Positions 21,448-31,220 of a stretch of 64,000 nt of DNA are shown piece after piece. Position 1 is the stretch's first letter. Every line of letters begins with the position of its first letter. Origin of the DNA: Promethearchaeota archaeon. Its GTDB lineage: Archaea; Asgardarchaeota; Heimdallarchaeia; Hodarchaeales; Hodarchaeaceae. The stretch lies in assembly GCA_048938105.1 (NCBI GenBank), contig JBHLMN010000001.1:1-64000 (forward strand), in the 5' to 3' direction. The translations under genes were made by a program, and so were the position numbers. Below the pieces are notes generated by a model that worked only from the letters and a program-made list of their open reading frames with translations, searched no databases and had not been told where the DNA came from.

Positions 21448-21640
21448 ATTGCAGCAAGCATGTGTATGTGAACTACCACCAGCTAAAGCAAGTGGCTTCC
21501 TACGAGTTCGCCAAACCCCTGATGAGGGGAGACTTTCGTTTTACCATTGACTGTGTATCGTAGATTATCAATCTGACTTAAGAAGGATTGATAGCCCGTC
21601 CACAGGGCATTATGTGAGAGAAAGCGCTTCATAATGTTGA
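21448..21640 (-). ncRNA. Predicted omegaRNA/reRNA (overlaps tnpB 3' end and right end; guide from the flank begins ATACACATGCTTGCTGC)
   Basis: Inferred from known TnpB biology: right-end hairpin and TTCAC terminus at 21468; boundaries approximate. Confidence 0.5.
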
Positions 21641-22970
21641 TCGCAGAGTTGTGGTCGCGATCGAGGACGATTTCACACATCTCACAGTGATAAATGCGTT
21701 CAGAAAGAGACATCCGCTCTTTTATATGACCACAGACGGAATAGGTTTTCGTAGTATCCCGCTCATCAATTACTGTTACTCTTTTACCTAACTTTTTAGC
21801 CTTATAGGTCAGTAATTCGATAAAACGACCTAGATGACCAGTGTTATGTACACCACGGTTAACACTCTTCTGATACTTTTTCCTCTTTCCATTGTTTTTA
21901 CTGGCAACCATTTGTTTAGGGGAGAGATCACCCACGACAATGGTTCTGGCTTTAGTATTCCGTAAGAGGTTGAGACTTTGCTTATGTTGCCAGTCCTTCG
22001 TCTGATTTCGACATTTCCGCTTAATGGTTGCCAACCTTTGAGTGAACAATCGGTGTCTACGACTCCCCTGTTTGCAGTGATCTCTTCTTCGCTGCAAGGA
22101 GCGAATCTTCGGTTCCCAATACTTGTCAGGACGCTTGACTGTTGATTCGAGAAACTTACCCTGCAGATTAATGGCTGTATGTTTAGTTGTACCAAGATCA
22201 AACGCTTGGTACAACCCATTGTCAATGAAAGGAGGATCTTCACGTTCAAATGTAACGGTTAAATAGAACCTCTTGTCATAATGATCCTGAAAGATCTCAA
22301 TCTGTTTAATGAGGTGAGTAGAAAAGTCAAACGGGACTGAAAAGATCAATTCTGTCTTACTCGAATGTTTGTGAGAGAATCGAATCGTCTCTTTGGTGAT
22401 GGTGAAACCCGATTGGTTGTAACATAATGTAAAGAAATAATCCTTACCACGGAAGCTGGGTGGTCGAACAGTATGATCTCCGCTCTTGAGTAACCCAAAA
22501 AATGATTTATACGCCGCGTCAAGCTTTTTAAGTGTCATTTGGAGGACTTTGGAGTAGACCTGATTGTACCTAGGGAACAGCTGCTTTAATTGGGGTAAGG
22601 CGTTCTGCTGCTCTCTATAAGTAACACAAAGGTTGTAGGTATCATAAAGATACTTCCTTTCTGCTAGCGCATGGTTGTACAGTAGTCGACACGTCTCTGA
22701 TAATTCCCGTAGGACCTCCTCCTGTTTGTATGTCGGAATGACTGAGAACTTCCATGTGAGTGTGACCATACAACCAACCTGAGCTATTTTGTACCCATTA
22801 CTTTATATAAGTCTTCTTAACCACTTTTTCCAATTTAACCTGCAATCATTTCCCCTTTCACCCTTTCTGATTCGATTGTTTTTTACTTCCCCTTTTTTTT
22901 GTCTTTGAGATAGCTTTTGTCTCACCATTCATCCCCCACCTAAAGCAAGGAGACTTCTGGTAAAGTCAAG
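21468..22970 (-). mobile_element. Non-autonomous IS200/IS605-family element (IS1341-type, tnpB only), ~1.5 kb
   Basis: Related subterminal hairpin motifs at both ends (minus strand AGAAGTCTCCTTGCTTTAGGTGGGGG and GGAAGCCACTTGCTTTAGCTGGTGG); right end finishes TTCAC; left end preceded by TTTAA; no tnpA. Confidence 0.8.
21483..22769 (-). CDS. tnpB: RNA-guided endonuclease TnpB with rearranged RuvC-II
   Basis: N-terminal CRLLYN.AL; RuvC-I AFDLG; VVGDL plus downstream IDER; Zn ribbon YxxC/CxxC; RuvC-III DRDHNSAINI. Confidence 0.93.
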   Translation of the reverse strand: MVTLTWKFSVIPTYKQEEVLRELSETCRLLYNHALAERKYLYDTYNLCVTYREQQNALPQLKQLFPRYNQVYSKVLQMTLKKLDAAYKSFFGLLKSGDHTVRPPSFRGKDYFFTLCYNQSGFTITKETIRFSHKHSSKTELIFSVPFDFSTHLIKQIEIFQDHYDKRFYLTVTFEREDPPFIDNGLYQAFDLGTTKHTAINLQGKFLESTVKRPDKYWEPKIRSLQRRRDHCKQGSRRHRLFTQRLATIKRKCRNQTKDWQHKQSLNLLRNTKARTIVVGDLSPKQMVASKNNGKRKKYQKSVNRGVHNTGHLGRFIELLTYKAKKLGKRVTVIDERDTTKTYSVCGHIKERMSLSERIYHCEMCEIVLDRDHNSAINIMKRFLSHNALWTGYQSFLSQIDNLRYTVNGKTKVSPHQGFGELVGSHLL

Positions 22971-23009
22971 TTAAATATATTATCAATTCTATTCACACGA
23001 GGTTATCAT

Positions 23010-23526
23010 CTAGCTCGTTGCTGTAGTTAGCCTCCATCGTATGGGATGTAATCCGAGAGTCTCTATCCTGACGGCTTTAACAGCGTTCAGGAGTACCTTT
23101 TTGTAGAATGTTATAGGCACCATTCACGTTAGCATTAATAATTATGTCTTTATGAGATTTAAATAACCCTCTAGTCATTCTTTGACCTAAAAGTAGGTTA
23201 TGATGTTTGATTGGCTCGTTATTTACGAAAGAACACTTACTCGAATAACTTTCCTCTTGTTTAATGACCGTTATTCCCTGTTCTGCAGCTTTACAGACCA
23301 ATTGTTGAAGTAGCTTGTAGTACGGAAGAGTGGCAAAATTTTGAGTATTTCTTTTCCCTAGGTGACAGTTTTGTTTCCAATCGGGATTGTACCCGATTAC
23401 AACGGTACTAATGTCATGAAGTACACAATACTCAACAATTTTTCTACTAATCTTGTGGAAATAATTATTTAGTTTTTTATTATGTTTATTGGTCAATTTT
23501 CATATGGCCTTGCCCGTTTTTATTCC
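23010..23526 (-). pseudogene. tnpB: 5'-truncated, frameshifted tnpB remnant of a different subfamily
   Basis: VVIGYN.DWKQ, QEESYSSKCSF, RGLF, INANVNGAYNI (catalytic D to N); in-frame TGA upstream; frameshifted tail ...IETLGLHPIR. Confidence 0.85.
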
Positions 23527-23611
23527 CTAATTTCACTAAAAAGAAGTATTTAATCTTTTAAGTTGAATATATTTTTAGTAATTTTCACAAATCACAACTC
23601 CCATAAACTTT

Positions 23612-24991
23612 ATGAGTTTCTTTTCATTTTTCACAAGTGAAATAAAGGTCGAATGTGACTTGAAAGAACTTGGTAGCAATGATGACTTTCTTTCACGGCT
23701 TAAGAATAAGCCTTTTCTCAAAGAAAACTGGGCGAATCTATTTTTCATAATAATAATTGCTATCCCTTTTTCCATTTTTTTTATCCAAGGGCTTCTCTAT
23801 GGTTTCAATGAATTAGAGCATTCTGCCGTTACAGGTTTGTTTATTTCTGCCTTTTTCTATAATTTATTCATTATCTTAATTATAGTATTCGTTCTTATGA
23901 ATATGAAACTACGTTTAACACCTACACTCCTCTATCTCGGCCTTATCTTTATGGTAATATTTTTTATTCTTTATCTCCCAGGAATGTATGGAGGAGACGT
24001 TAATCAAGTCGTTTACACCGGGGCACAATGTTTATGGGAAGGGAAAAACCCTTATGATCCAAATGAACTGTATATTAAACACGGCAGCCCAACAGGGGCA
24101 GGTGTTTTTCATGAGGGAACCTATCCATATCTTCCAGTGGATTTACTTTCGTACGGATTAATTTTAGGTATTTTTAATTTAATTAGCTCTGTACTAGTCA
24201 ATGGTGATGTCCCAATTTGGTTACCTGGTTTCAATGATGTTGGTCTCACTCTTGCAAACTTAATTTTTACTGCAATAGGTTGTTTATTCACATATTTCTT
24301 ATTCCCTGAAGATCGTTTTCAAGGACCTATTATAGCATTTCTAATGATGATTCCGTTTGTTTGGAGCAGCGCTCCTTTAATGTTGTTATATGCCATCATT
24401 GGATTTTATTTCTATCAATCTTCTTTAAAGTATAAGGATTACTTTGTCATTCTATTCTTTTCATTAAGTGCCCTTAGTAAATACTTTGCTGGGATCTTTT
24501 TAGTTGCTATTTGGATTACTTATTTACATGAAAAATCATGGAAAAAGATAATTGCTGCACCAGGAATTCCTTTTCTTGGATTTCTTATTGTATCCCTCCC
24601 ATTTAATATTTTATGGGTTTTAGAATCAACAGTTCTTTTTTATAATTCAGAAAGACGTCAAATTGAAGATGGTTCCCTAGGTGGAACAATTGTTGCTGAA
24701 TTTGCAAGAGCATTTAACTTGATAGAAATAATTGGAATTTTAACCTTAATTGGTCTGATTTTAATCTTCTTAATAGGAATTTTCATCAAGAAAAATACTG
24801 AATTACGGCTTATTGTTATGTCATTACTATCATTACTCGTAATTAATAGCTTTGCCTTACCATTTCTTGCTATAGCTTTATTTGGGGTGATTCTATTCGA
24901 TTATATCTTGATAACAAGCTCACAAAGGGAGAAATTTGCCATAGTCAAGAAAAAACCAATAGAATTAGTCCCCGAGTCAGATTCAATGTAA
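23612..24991 (+). CDS. Polytopic membrane GT-C glycosyltransferase (GT87/DUF2029-like)
   Basis: GD...G.NPY, YPYLP and LSKYF motifs among many TM helices. Confidence 0.7.
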   Translation: MSFFSFFTSEIKVECDLKELGSNDDFLSRLKNKPFLKENWANLFFIIIIAIPFSIFFIQGLLYGFNELEHSAVTGLFISAFFYNLFIILIIVFVLMNMKLRLTPTLLYLGLIFMVIFFILYLPGMYGGDVNQVVYTGAQCLWEGKNPYDPNELYIKHGSPTGAGVFHEGTYPYLPVDLLSYGLILGIFNLISSVLVNGDVPIWLPGFNDVGLTLANLIFTAIGCLFTYFLFPEDRFQGPIIAFLMMIPFVWSSAPLMLLYAIIGFYFYQSSLKYKDYFVILFFSLSALSKYFAGIFLVAIWITYLHEKSWKKIIAAPGIPFLGFLIVSLPFNILWVLESTVLFYNSERRQIEDGSLGGTIVAEFARAFNLIEIIGILTLIGLILIFLIGIFIKKNTELRLIVMSLLSLLVINSFALPFLAIALFGVILFDYILITSSQREKFAIVKKKPIELVPESDSM

Positions 24992-25001
24992 ATCTGAATT
25001 C

Positions 25002-25745
25002 TCACTTTTTTTGACAAATTAAGGTTAGATTGCTTAAATCTTTTGATTTACTAATGTAAAGATCAGGATCATACCACAAATTAAAATTATATGCATGACG
25101 GTTCATTCTTCGATAGAGTTTACTGCGATGTAGAGACGAAAGAAGTGTAAGCCCCATCTCAGAGAGGGACATCAATAATTTCTTGTAACGCGTTTCCATT
25201 ATAGCATTAATATTACTGAATAGGATTGGTGGATCTTTTCTTCCAGTAAACTTTATTAGGTGAAATTTATTCTTGAATGTTATTTTTAATAATTCGTACG
25301 GGTCAAAGCGGCGTAAATGTCCAGCCAAACTATCGAAATGAGTCCATAACTTTTGGTGAATTGGAGTGGAGAAAATAAAGAACCCATTTTTCTTTAAAAC
25401 TCGCCTGACATCTGAGAAACTTTTGCGAACATTTGGTACATGTTCAATCACTTCTAAAGCAACTACAACATCAAAAGTTTCATCTTTAAAAGGGATATTT
25501 TCTATACTACCAGTTGATGTATTTGCCCCAACTTTTTTCAGATTAGCTGCGCCTGTTATAGTTAACTCGAGAAAGATAGTTTTAGAGATAGGCGATTTAG
25601 GCCAATTACCAGGCCCAATTTCTAGTATTCTACCATTATCTTTTAGGATTTCCCTTATTATAGCGTTTATTGGCCACATTTCAGGATTCCTGATAGAATG
25701 AGTAGACCAACTTTGTTCATATAGTTCTTTCTGAGTTCGATCCAT
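25002..25745 (-). CDS. Class I SAM-dependent methyltransferase
   Basis: ILEIGPG, PFKDETFDVV, EVIEH, RVLKKNG, GHLRRF. Confidence 0.9.
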   Translation of the reverse strand: MDRTQKELYEQSWSTHSIRNPEMWPINAIIREILKDNGRILEIGPGNWPKSPISKTIFLELTITGAANLKKVGANTSTGSIENIPFKDETFDVVVALEVIEHVPNVRKSFSDVRRVLKKNGFFIFSTPIHQKLWTHFDSLAGHLRRFDPYELLKITFKNKFHLIKFTGRKDPPILFSNINAIMETRYKKLLMSLSEMGLTLLSSLHRSKLYRRMNRHAYNFNLWYDPDLYISKSKDLSNLTLICQKK

Positions 25746-25851
25746 ATTATTTCAACGATAAATTCCTTCTGATTTAAAGACACTCAAGAGAGATTGAACA
25801 AGAAAGAAATTTTTGATTGAGTAATTAAAACCATACCCTAAAAGGTTTGGA

Positions 25852-27084
25852 TTATTTCAAGTTTTGTTCAAGAAGAAGGAGTAAATCACTAACAGGTAAA
25901 TCAGAAATACCGATTAAGGTTGTTCTTCCCGCAGATTTTCCGTTTTGATGTCTATTTTGTACTTGTAACTTAATAAGACCTAGCTCAGCAAGATTTTGTA
26001 GATAATTCCAGAACTGAGTTTGTTTTCGCGGTTTTTCTTGTGTTTCTTTACATATTTCATTATATTTATTCCGTAATTCATTGGTTGTAACGAAAGCACG
26101 GTTTTTCTCATGATTAAGTAATAAGGCAAGAGCAAAAAGGACTTTTTTTAGTTGTGAGGCTAAATCTATAATAATAGATTGTTTAATAGGAAATATACTA
26201 ACCTGAGCTTTTCGGATATGTTCAAAATCAATGGATTGAGATTCTTCTTGTTCTGCAACTTTAGCTGAACGCCATAATAACTCAATAGCGTAACGTGCGT
26301 CTCCATTTTCATATGCAAGGTCAGCAATCGCCTTGAGAATATCGTTAGAGTATGTTCTCTCGTGTAATCCTTGATGAGCCCGAAGAGACAATATATCGAA
26401 TAATTGAATGGTAGTATAAGGCTTAAATACAATCACACGTTGTGATAATGAAGATAGGAGGGCGGGATCTAAAAATTTCTGAAAATGGGGATTTCGCGTT
26501 ACTAGAATCAGAGAAATTTGAACCTGTTCGCTTTGATTAACTCCTTCATGATGACGAGTTAACGAGTAGAGCACATCTTGACCCTTAGATTCGGATAAAA
26601 GGTAATCAATCTCATCTAAACAGATTAATAATCCTTGATTTCTCTCCTTAATGATTTTAACTAAGTATGTGAGTAATTCGTCAACACTAAACCCACGAAT
26701 GGGAAAAGCGGGTACTAACTGAGTTAGAATTGATGTTAATATTAAATACCACGACCTCTGACGCCGACAATTCATATGAAAATAGGATAAATTTGCTATA
26801 CTGGCCTCAGACTTAGCATGACAATAGGTTTCAAGAGTAAGGCCAAATTGCTTTACTACTACAGTTTTTCCTAATCCAACAGGTCCTTGAATTATCACTT
26901 GTTTTCCGGGTATCATGCTATTTTTGTAGAGGATTGATTTAAAGTGATTAGCCAAAAGAGTCAACTCATTCTCTCTATGTACCAAACATTCTGGAATGAA
27001 ATTTGGTTCAAAAACTTGGTCATCTTTAATGATAGTATGTTTTTTAGTAAGAAATTTTGTAATATCAAATTTTGATCTATTCAA
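25852..27084 (-). CDS. cdc6: Orc1/Cdc6 replication initiator
   Basis: F.P.F.P..L.HRE, Walker A GPVGLGKT, Walker B LDEID, GDAR.AIELL, C-terminal wHTH. Confidence 0.92.
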   Translation of the reverse strand: MNRSKFDITKFLTKKHTIIKDDQVFEPNFIPECLVHRENELTLLANHFKSILYKNSMIPGKQVIIQGPVGLGKTVVVKQFGLTLETYCHAKSEASIANLSYFHMNCRRQRSWYLILTSILTQLVPAFPIRGFSVDELLTYLVKIIKERNQGLLICLDEIDYLLSESKGQDVLYSLTRHHEGVNQSEQVQISLILVTRNPHFQKFLDPALLSSLSQRVIVFKPYTTIQLFDILSLRAHQGLHERTYSNDILKAIADLAYENGDARYAIELLWRSAKVAEQEESQSIDFEHIRKAQVSIFPIKQSIIIDLASQLKKVLFALALLLNHEKNRAFVTTNELRNKYNEICKETQEKPRKQTQFWNYLQNLAELGLIKLQVQNRHQNGKSAGRTTLIGISDLPVSDLLLLLEQNLK

Positions 27085-27798
27085 TCGTTTTTTTCACCAC
27101 TAAATGCTGTGTGAACGGAATAAATCATAATAGATACCCAACCACAATTAGAAGAAGTCTTGTATTTCAACAAGAAGATCTTTCTGAAATGAGGAGGTTT
27201 TTAATTTACAGCAGAATATTAATTGTATAATATTTTAACCAACTCCATATTAAAAACTAGGATCAATTATTCGCAGTTTTTTTCATGAAGGTTTTCACAG
27301 TTTAATCATAAATTCATAGAAATTTGATGTGTTCCAATTAATTTCATCTTATTGAGATTGGTTCGTATTAGACATTGAATTATTCAAAAAAATCAGGTAA
27401 CAACCTTGTTAAACATTGATTTCTCTTTAATACAACTAGAAAAAACCTGAAACCTCATTGGAGAATCGATTAGACAGTAAAGTGAAAATGACCCAGATGA
27501 TACAAATAGTATCTTACTCATGTTTAAAGAAATATTTCTGTCAAATATCTATTACACACCGACTAAACTGAGAAAAAAATATAAACTCTCATGAACTATG
27601 TTTATAACCAATACTTTATGAGTTATATCTTTTATATCACACCACACGATAAGTGTTTCATTTTCTGGCTTTTTAAAAGAGAAAAGAGTTAGTAATACTT
27701 TAAACACAGATTTTTTTCTTGTAAAAAATAGTGTCCCAGCTATTAGCTTTTAACACAGTATTGACTCTTTCAATTAAAAATATTGACTAGGGCCAAAA

Positions 27799-28818
27799 AT
27801 GCATACATCAAGTGATTTAACAAAAAGAATCTCGTCAAAAGCACCAAAAATCCTGACAACTAATGTGATGGATCTACCAGGTGTAGGACCCGCTTTAGCT
27901 AAAAAACTTCAAGAAACAGGGTTTAAAACTTTAGAATCGGTTGCAACGGTGAGTATCGGAGAGTTAATGGCTTTAGGAGGCCTTGGTGAAAAAACCGCTG
28001 GAAAAATTATTCAAGCAGCGAGAGATAAATTAGGTTATGGATTCATAACAGCAGATGTAATACTCGAATCTCGACGAAACATGCTGCGAGCTACAACAGG
28101 GGCAGAGGCATTAGATGACTTGCTGAATGGTGGGATAGAAACAGGTTCTATAACAGAGTTGTATGGAGAATATCGAACAGGAAAAACTCAACTTGCACAT
28201 CAGCTTTGTGTTACTTGTCAATTGCCTCCTGCTTTGGGAGGATTCAACATGGACGGGAAAAATCCCATTACTTGTATATATATTGATACAGAAGGGACAT
28301 TTCGTCCTGAAAGAATTGTAGCAATGGCAAGTCGCTTTGGAAATGATTTAAATATCCAAACAGTATTGAAACATATCCTCCATGGTCGTGCTTATAATAG
28401 CGACCATCAAATGGTGCTTGTGGAAAATATAATTAAAGATGCTCCATCTAATAACATTAAACTTGTGATTGTGGATTCTCTCATTGCACATTTTCGTGCT
28501 GAATTTGTTGGTAGGGGAACTCTTGCTGCTAGACAACAAAAACTAAATCAACATCTCCATTCACTTCTTAAACTTGCAGAAATATCCAATGTAGCTGTAA
28601 TTGTAACAAACCAAGTTCATTCACAACCAGATATGTTTTTTGGTGATCCTACAGCACCAGTTGGAGGCCACATTTTGGCTCATGTGTCTCATACTCGTAT
28701 TTATCTTCGAAAATCTAAAGGAGAACGCCGTATTGCCCGAATTGTTGACAGTCCTCTTCTTCCTGAAAGTGAAACGGTTTTTGCAATAACAGAAGAAGGA
28801 ATCGTGGATGTAAGTTGA
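27799..28818 (+). CDS. radA: DNA repair and recombination protein RadA
   Basis: N-terminal HhH LPGVGP, GEYRTGKTQ, YIDTEGTFRPER, RQQKL, GGHILAH. Confidence 0.97.
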   Translation: MHTSSDLTKRISSKAPKILTTNVMDLPGVGPALAKKLQETGFKTLESVATVSIGELMALGGLGEKTAGKIIQAARDKLGYGFITADVILESRRNMLRATTGAEALDDLLNGGIETGSITELYGEYRTGKTQLAHQLCVTCQLPPALGGFNMDGKNPITCIYIDTEGTFRPERIVAMASRFGNDLNIQTVLKHILHGRAYNSDHQMVLVENIIKDAPSNNIKLVIVDSLIAHFRAEFVGRGTLAARQQKLNQHLHSLLKLAEISNVAVIVTNQVHSQPDMFFGDPTAPVGGHILAHVSHTRIYLRKSKGERRIARIVDSPLLPESETVFAITEEGIVDVS

Positions 28819-28948
28819 GGCTTTATGACCAAATACCTTTATCTAATTTTTACTCCCAGTTTTTATTGAGTAGAAGTAACCAGCTTTAACAAAGGTAAAA
28901 TACAAAAGCTAAAAAGGGGAGATATGTTTTATATTCTAAAATTCATTA

Positions 28949-29674
28949 ATGGAGATTCTACAAATGGAAGAACCAACAAAAACGATAGAAGAGAAACCTA
29001 AAACGATAAAGGAGTATATTATTGTAAGAGCTTATCCTGAAACATTATTCTTCTACCCTAGCATGATTGTGGCTTTCATTATCTTTCTTTTAGAACTTCT
29101 CATGCTTCCTAATATGGAGGCAGCGGATGCAGAAGTTTTAAGGAATGGTCTTGGAACATTTTTCTTCGCAGTATTTGCCTTTAATTTTATCATCGTTGCA
29201 TTTGATTTCGGTCTAGGGAAAACAGCATTAATTGCTTTTGGTGTAATAATAATCGTTCTTATTTACTTGCTTTTGCGAACGCAAATTCCAGACCTTAGTT
29301 TTGGTCTTGAGTGGCCAACCATTACTGCTTCCATGGAATTCTATTTCTTCTTTGCGGTACTGGTTTTTGTACATCTCCTCATAATATACCTTTATAGTCG
29401 TATTGACTATTGGATTATTTCACCGACTGAAATTTATCACCATCGTGGGATTCTAGGAGATGAAAGACGTTTTGGTAATGCCCAACATGCACACATTGAA
29501 AAAACCACCCCAGATATTTTTGAAAAAATGCTTTTTCTAAGTGGAGATCTATTTATTAAACCCGAAACTGATCCACATATCTATCGGATCGCCAACGTTT
29601 TCAGAGTAAATAAAAAAGAAGAAGAAATTAGGAAAATTCTGTCCTATGTCCCAGATAGACGATTAGAGCTCTGA
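28949..29674 (+). CDS. Membrane protein (4 TM) with probable C-terminal bacterial PH-like domain
   Basis: Four hydrophobic helices then YWIIS...HRGILG...GDLFI pattern. Confidence 0.65.
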   Translation: MEILQMEEPTKTIEEKPKTIKEYIIVRAYPETLFFYPSMIVAFIIFLLELLMLPNMEAADAEVLRNGLGTFFFAVFAFNFIIVAFDFGLGKTALIAFGVIIIVLIYLLLRTQIPDLSFGLEWPTITASMEFYFFFAVLVFVHLLIIYLYSRIDYWIISPTEIYHHRGILGDERRFGNAQHAHIEKTTPDIFEKMLFLSGDLFIKPETDPHIYRIANVFRVNKKEEEIRKILSYVPDRRLEL

Positions 29675-29718
29675 TAATCCCCCTCTCCCATTCCTTTTTT
29701 ATGAATTTATTCTTTATA

Positions 29719-30930
29719 CTATTTTAAGTTCTTACGAATAACTGACCCAGGGGGAATTACCTTATCAGAATCGACCACAACACCAGGTAACATCACAGTA
29801 TTTGAGCCTATTATGGAATGTGGCCCAATAACTGCACCTAATTTACGATATGCCCTTCCCTTTATCATTTTAGTTATTTTTTGGGATTTTGTATCCTGAA
29901 GAACGTTCATGGTTGTGACACCTGCTCCCAGAGTCGCATTTTCTCCGACAACGCTATCACCAACGAATGAAAGACGCCCAATTTTAGTACCATGCTGAAT
30001 GACTGAATTTTTGACTTCAACTGAATAACCAATCTTACAATTCCGTTCTATACAAGAATATTCTCTAATAAGGCTGTTTGTACCAATATAACAGTTTTTA
30101 CCAATAAAGCAAGGGCCAACAATTTCTGCGTTATGATCGATTATAACATTTTCTTCAATTAACGCTAAACCTGAAATATGTGCTGATGGAGATATTTTTG
30201 CTGTTTTATGGATACGTGAATATTCTAAAGTTCTATATGTATCTTTATTTGCTGCTAGCATATCCCAAGGATAACCAACATCTACCCATTCATCTTGCCA
30301 TACGGATGCACAAATTCGACGTTGTTCCTGCAATAATCTTGCTAATGCAGCAGTAAGCTTACGTTCCTCCCTCAAAATTCCAAAGAATTCTCCAGGTAAA
30401 ATCGAAGCACCAGCAAAAATGTAGTTAGCATCGCTCTCTTTCACAGGAGTCTCTGGTAAAATTTCTGTGATAAATCCTCTAGCATCAATAGCAGCTATCC
30501 CAAACTCGGCGGATTTCCCAAGTAATGTCACAGCAATGGCTCCATCTGCAGCTGTATTAATATATGAATTCATCAAATGCTGATAAAAGGTAGAGGGAGC
30601 AAGAATATCTCCATAAGCTAATAAAAATGGATCTTTCTCAGAGAATTGGTCATCCGCGGAGATAATAGCACCTTCTATTCCCAATCGATCCCTTTGATCA
30701 ATAATTTTAATCGGAATCCCCATTTGTCTGTATTTCTCAACAATTGACCGTACTTTGTCTCCTAAATATCCCACAACTACAATAAATTCTTCAATGCTAG
30801 TTTCCATAAGCCCAGTAAATACATATTCTAGAAGATGTTTACCATGAAGAGTCAACATCGTTTTGGGGTAATATTTTGATAAGGGTAGCATTTCCTTCCC
30901 GCTTCCTCCAGCTAACACCAAAGCTTTCAT
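29719..30930 (-). CDS. Sugar-1-phosphate nucleotidylyltransferase with hexapeptide (LbH) domain, GlmU-like
   Basis: LAGGSG...PK, W.DVGYPWD, hexapeptide repeats, VGDSVVG. Confidence 0.9.
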   Translation of the reverse strand: MKALVLAGGSGKEMLPLSKYYPKTMLTLHGKHLLEYVFTGLMETSIEEFIVVVGYLGDKVRSIVEKYRQMGIPIKIIDQRDRLGIEGAIISADDQFSEKDPFLLAYGDILAPSTFYQHLMNSYINTAADGAIAVTLLGKSAEFGIAAIDARGFITEILPETPVKESDANYIFAGASILPGEFFGILREERKLTAALARLLQEQRRICASVWQDEWVDVGYPWDMLAANKDTYRTLEYSRIHKTAKISPSAHISGLALIEENVIIDHNAEIVGPCFIGKNCYIGTNSLIREYSCIERNCKIGYSVEVKNSVIQHGTKIGRLSFVGDSVVGENATLGAGVTTMNVLQDTKSQKITKMIKGRAYRKLGAVIGPHSIIGSNTVMLPGVVVDSDKVIPPGSVIRKNLK

Positions 30931-31220
30931 TTTTATTTAATCACCTCTTCAGAAATAAATCAAGTAACTATAACAATTGAGAATTCATATATTTAATGTC
31001 TATATTAATTTTATTCAGCAATTTTAGGAGAAAAAGAACAATAAACATTGTAAATTGGTAAATGATTATGAATCCAACTTTATTAACAACATTTAATCTA
31101 TAATCTCCAGTTTATCCATCGAAAAATGTGAAAAAACCTAATTTTATTAACAAAAAGGCCTTTTTTAAATCCTTTTTCAAATTTCTCTCTGAAAAGTATA
31201 GAACGACGTGAAATAATTAG

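Noticed and set aside
18997-22769. Cas4-like/DinG plus TnpB as a type IV or V CRISPR-like system
   Set aside because: No array or other cas genes; tnpB has its own IS ends, so the adjacency is best explained by insertion
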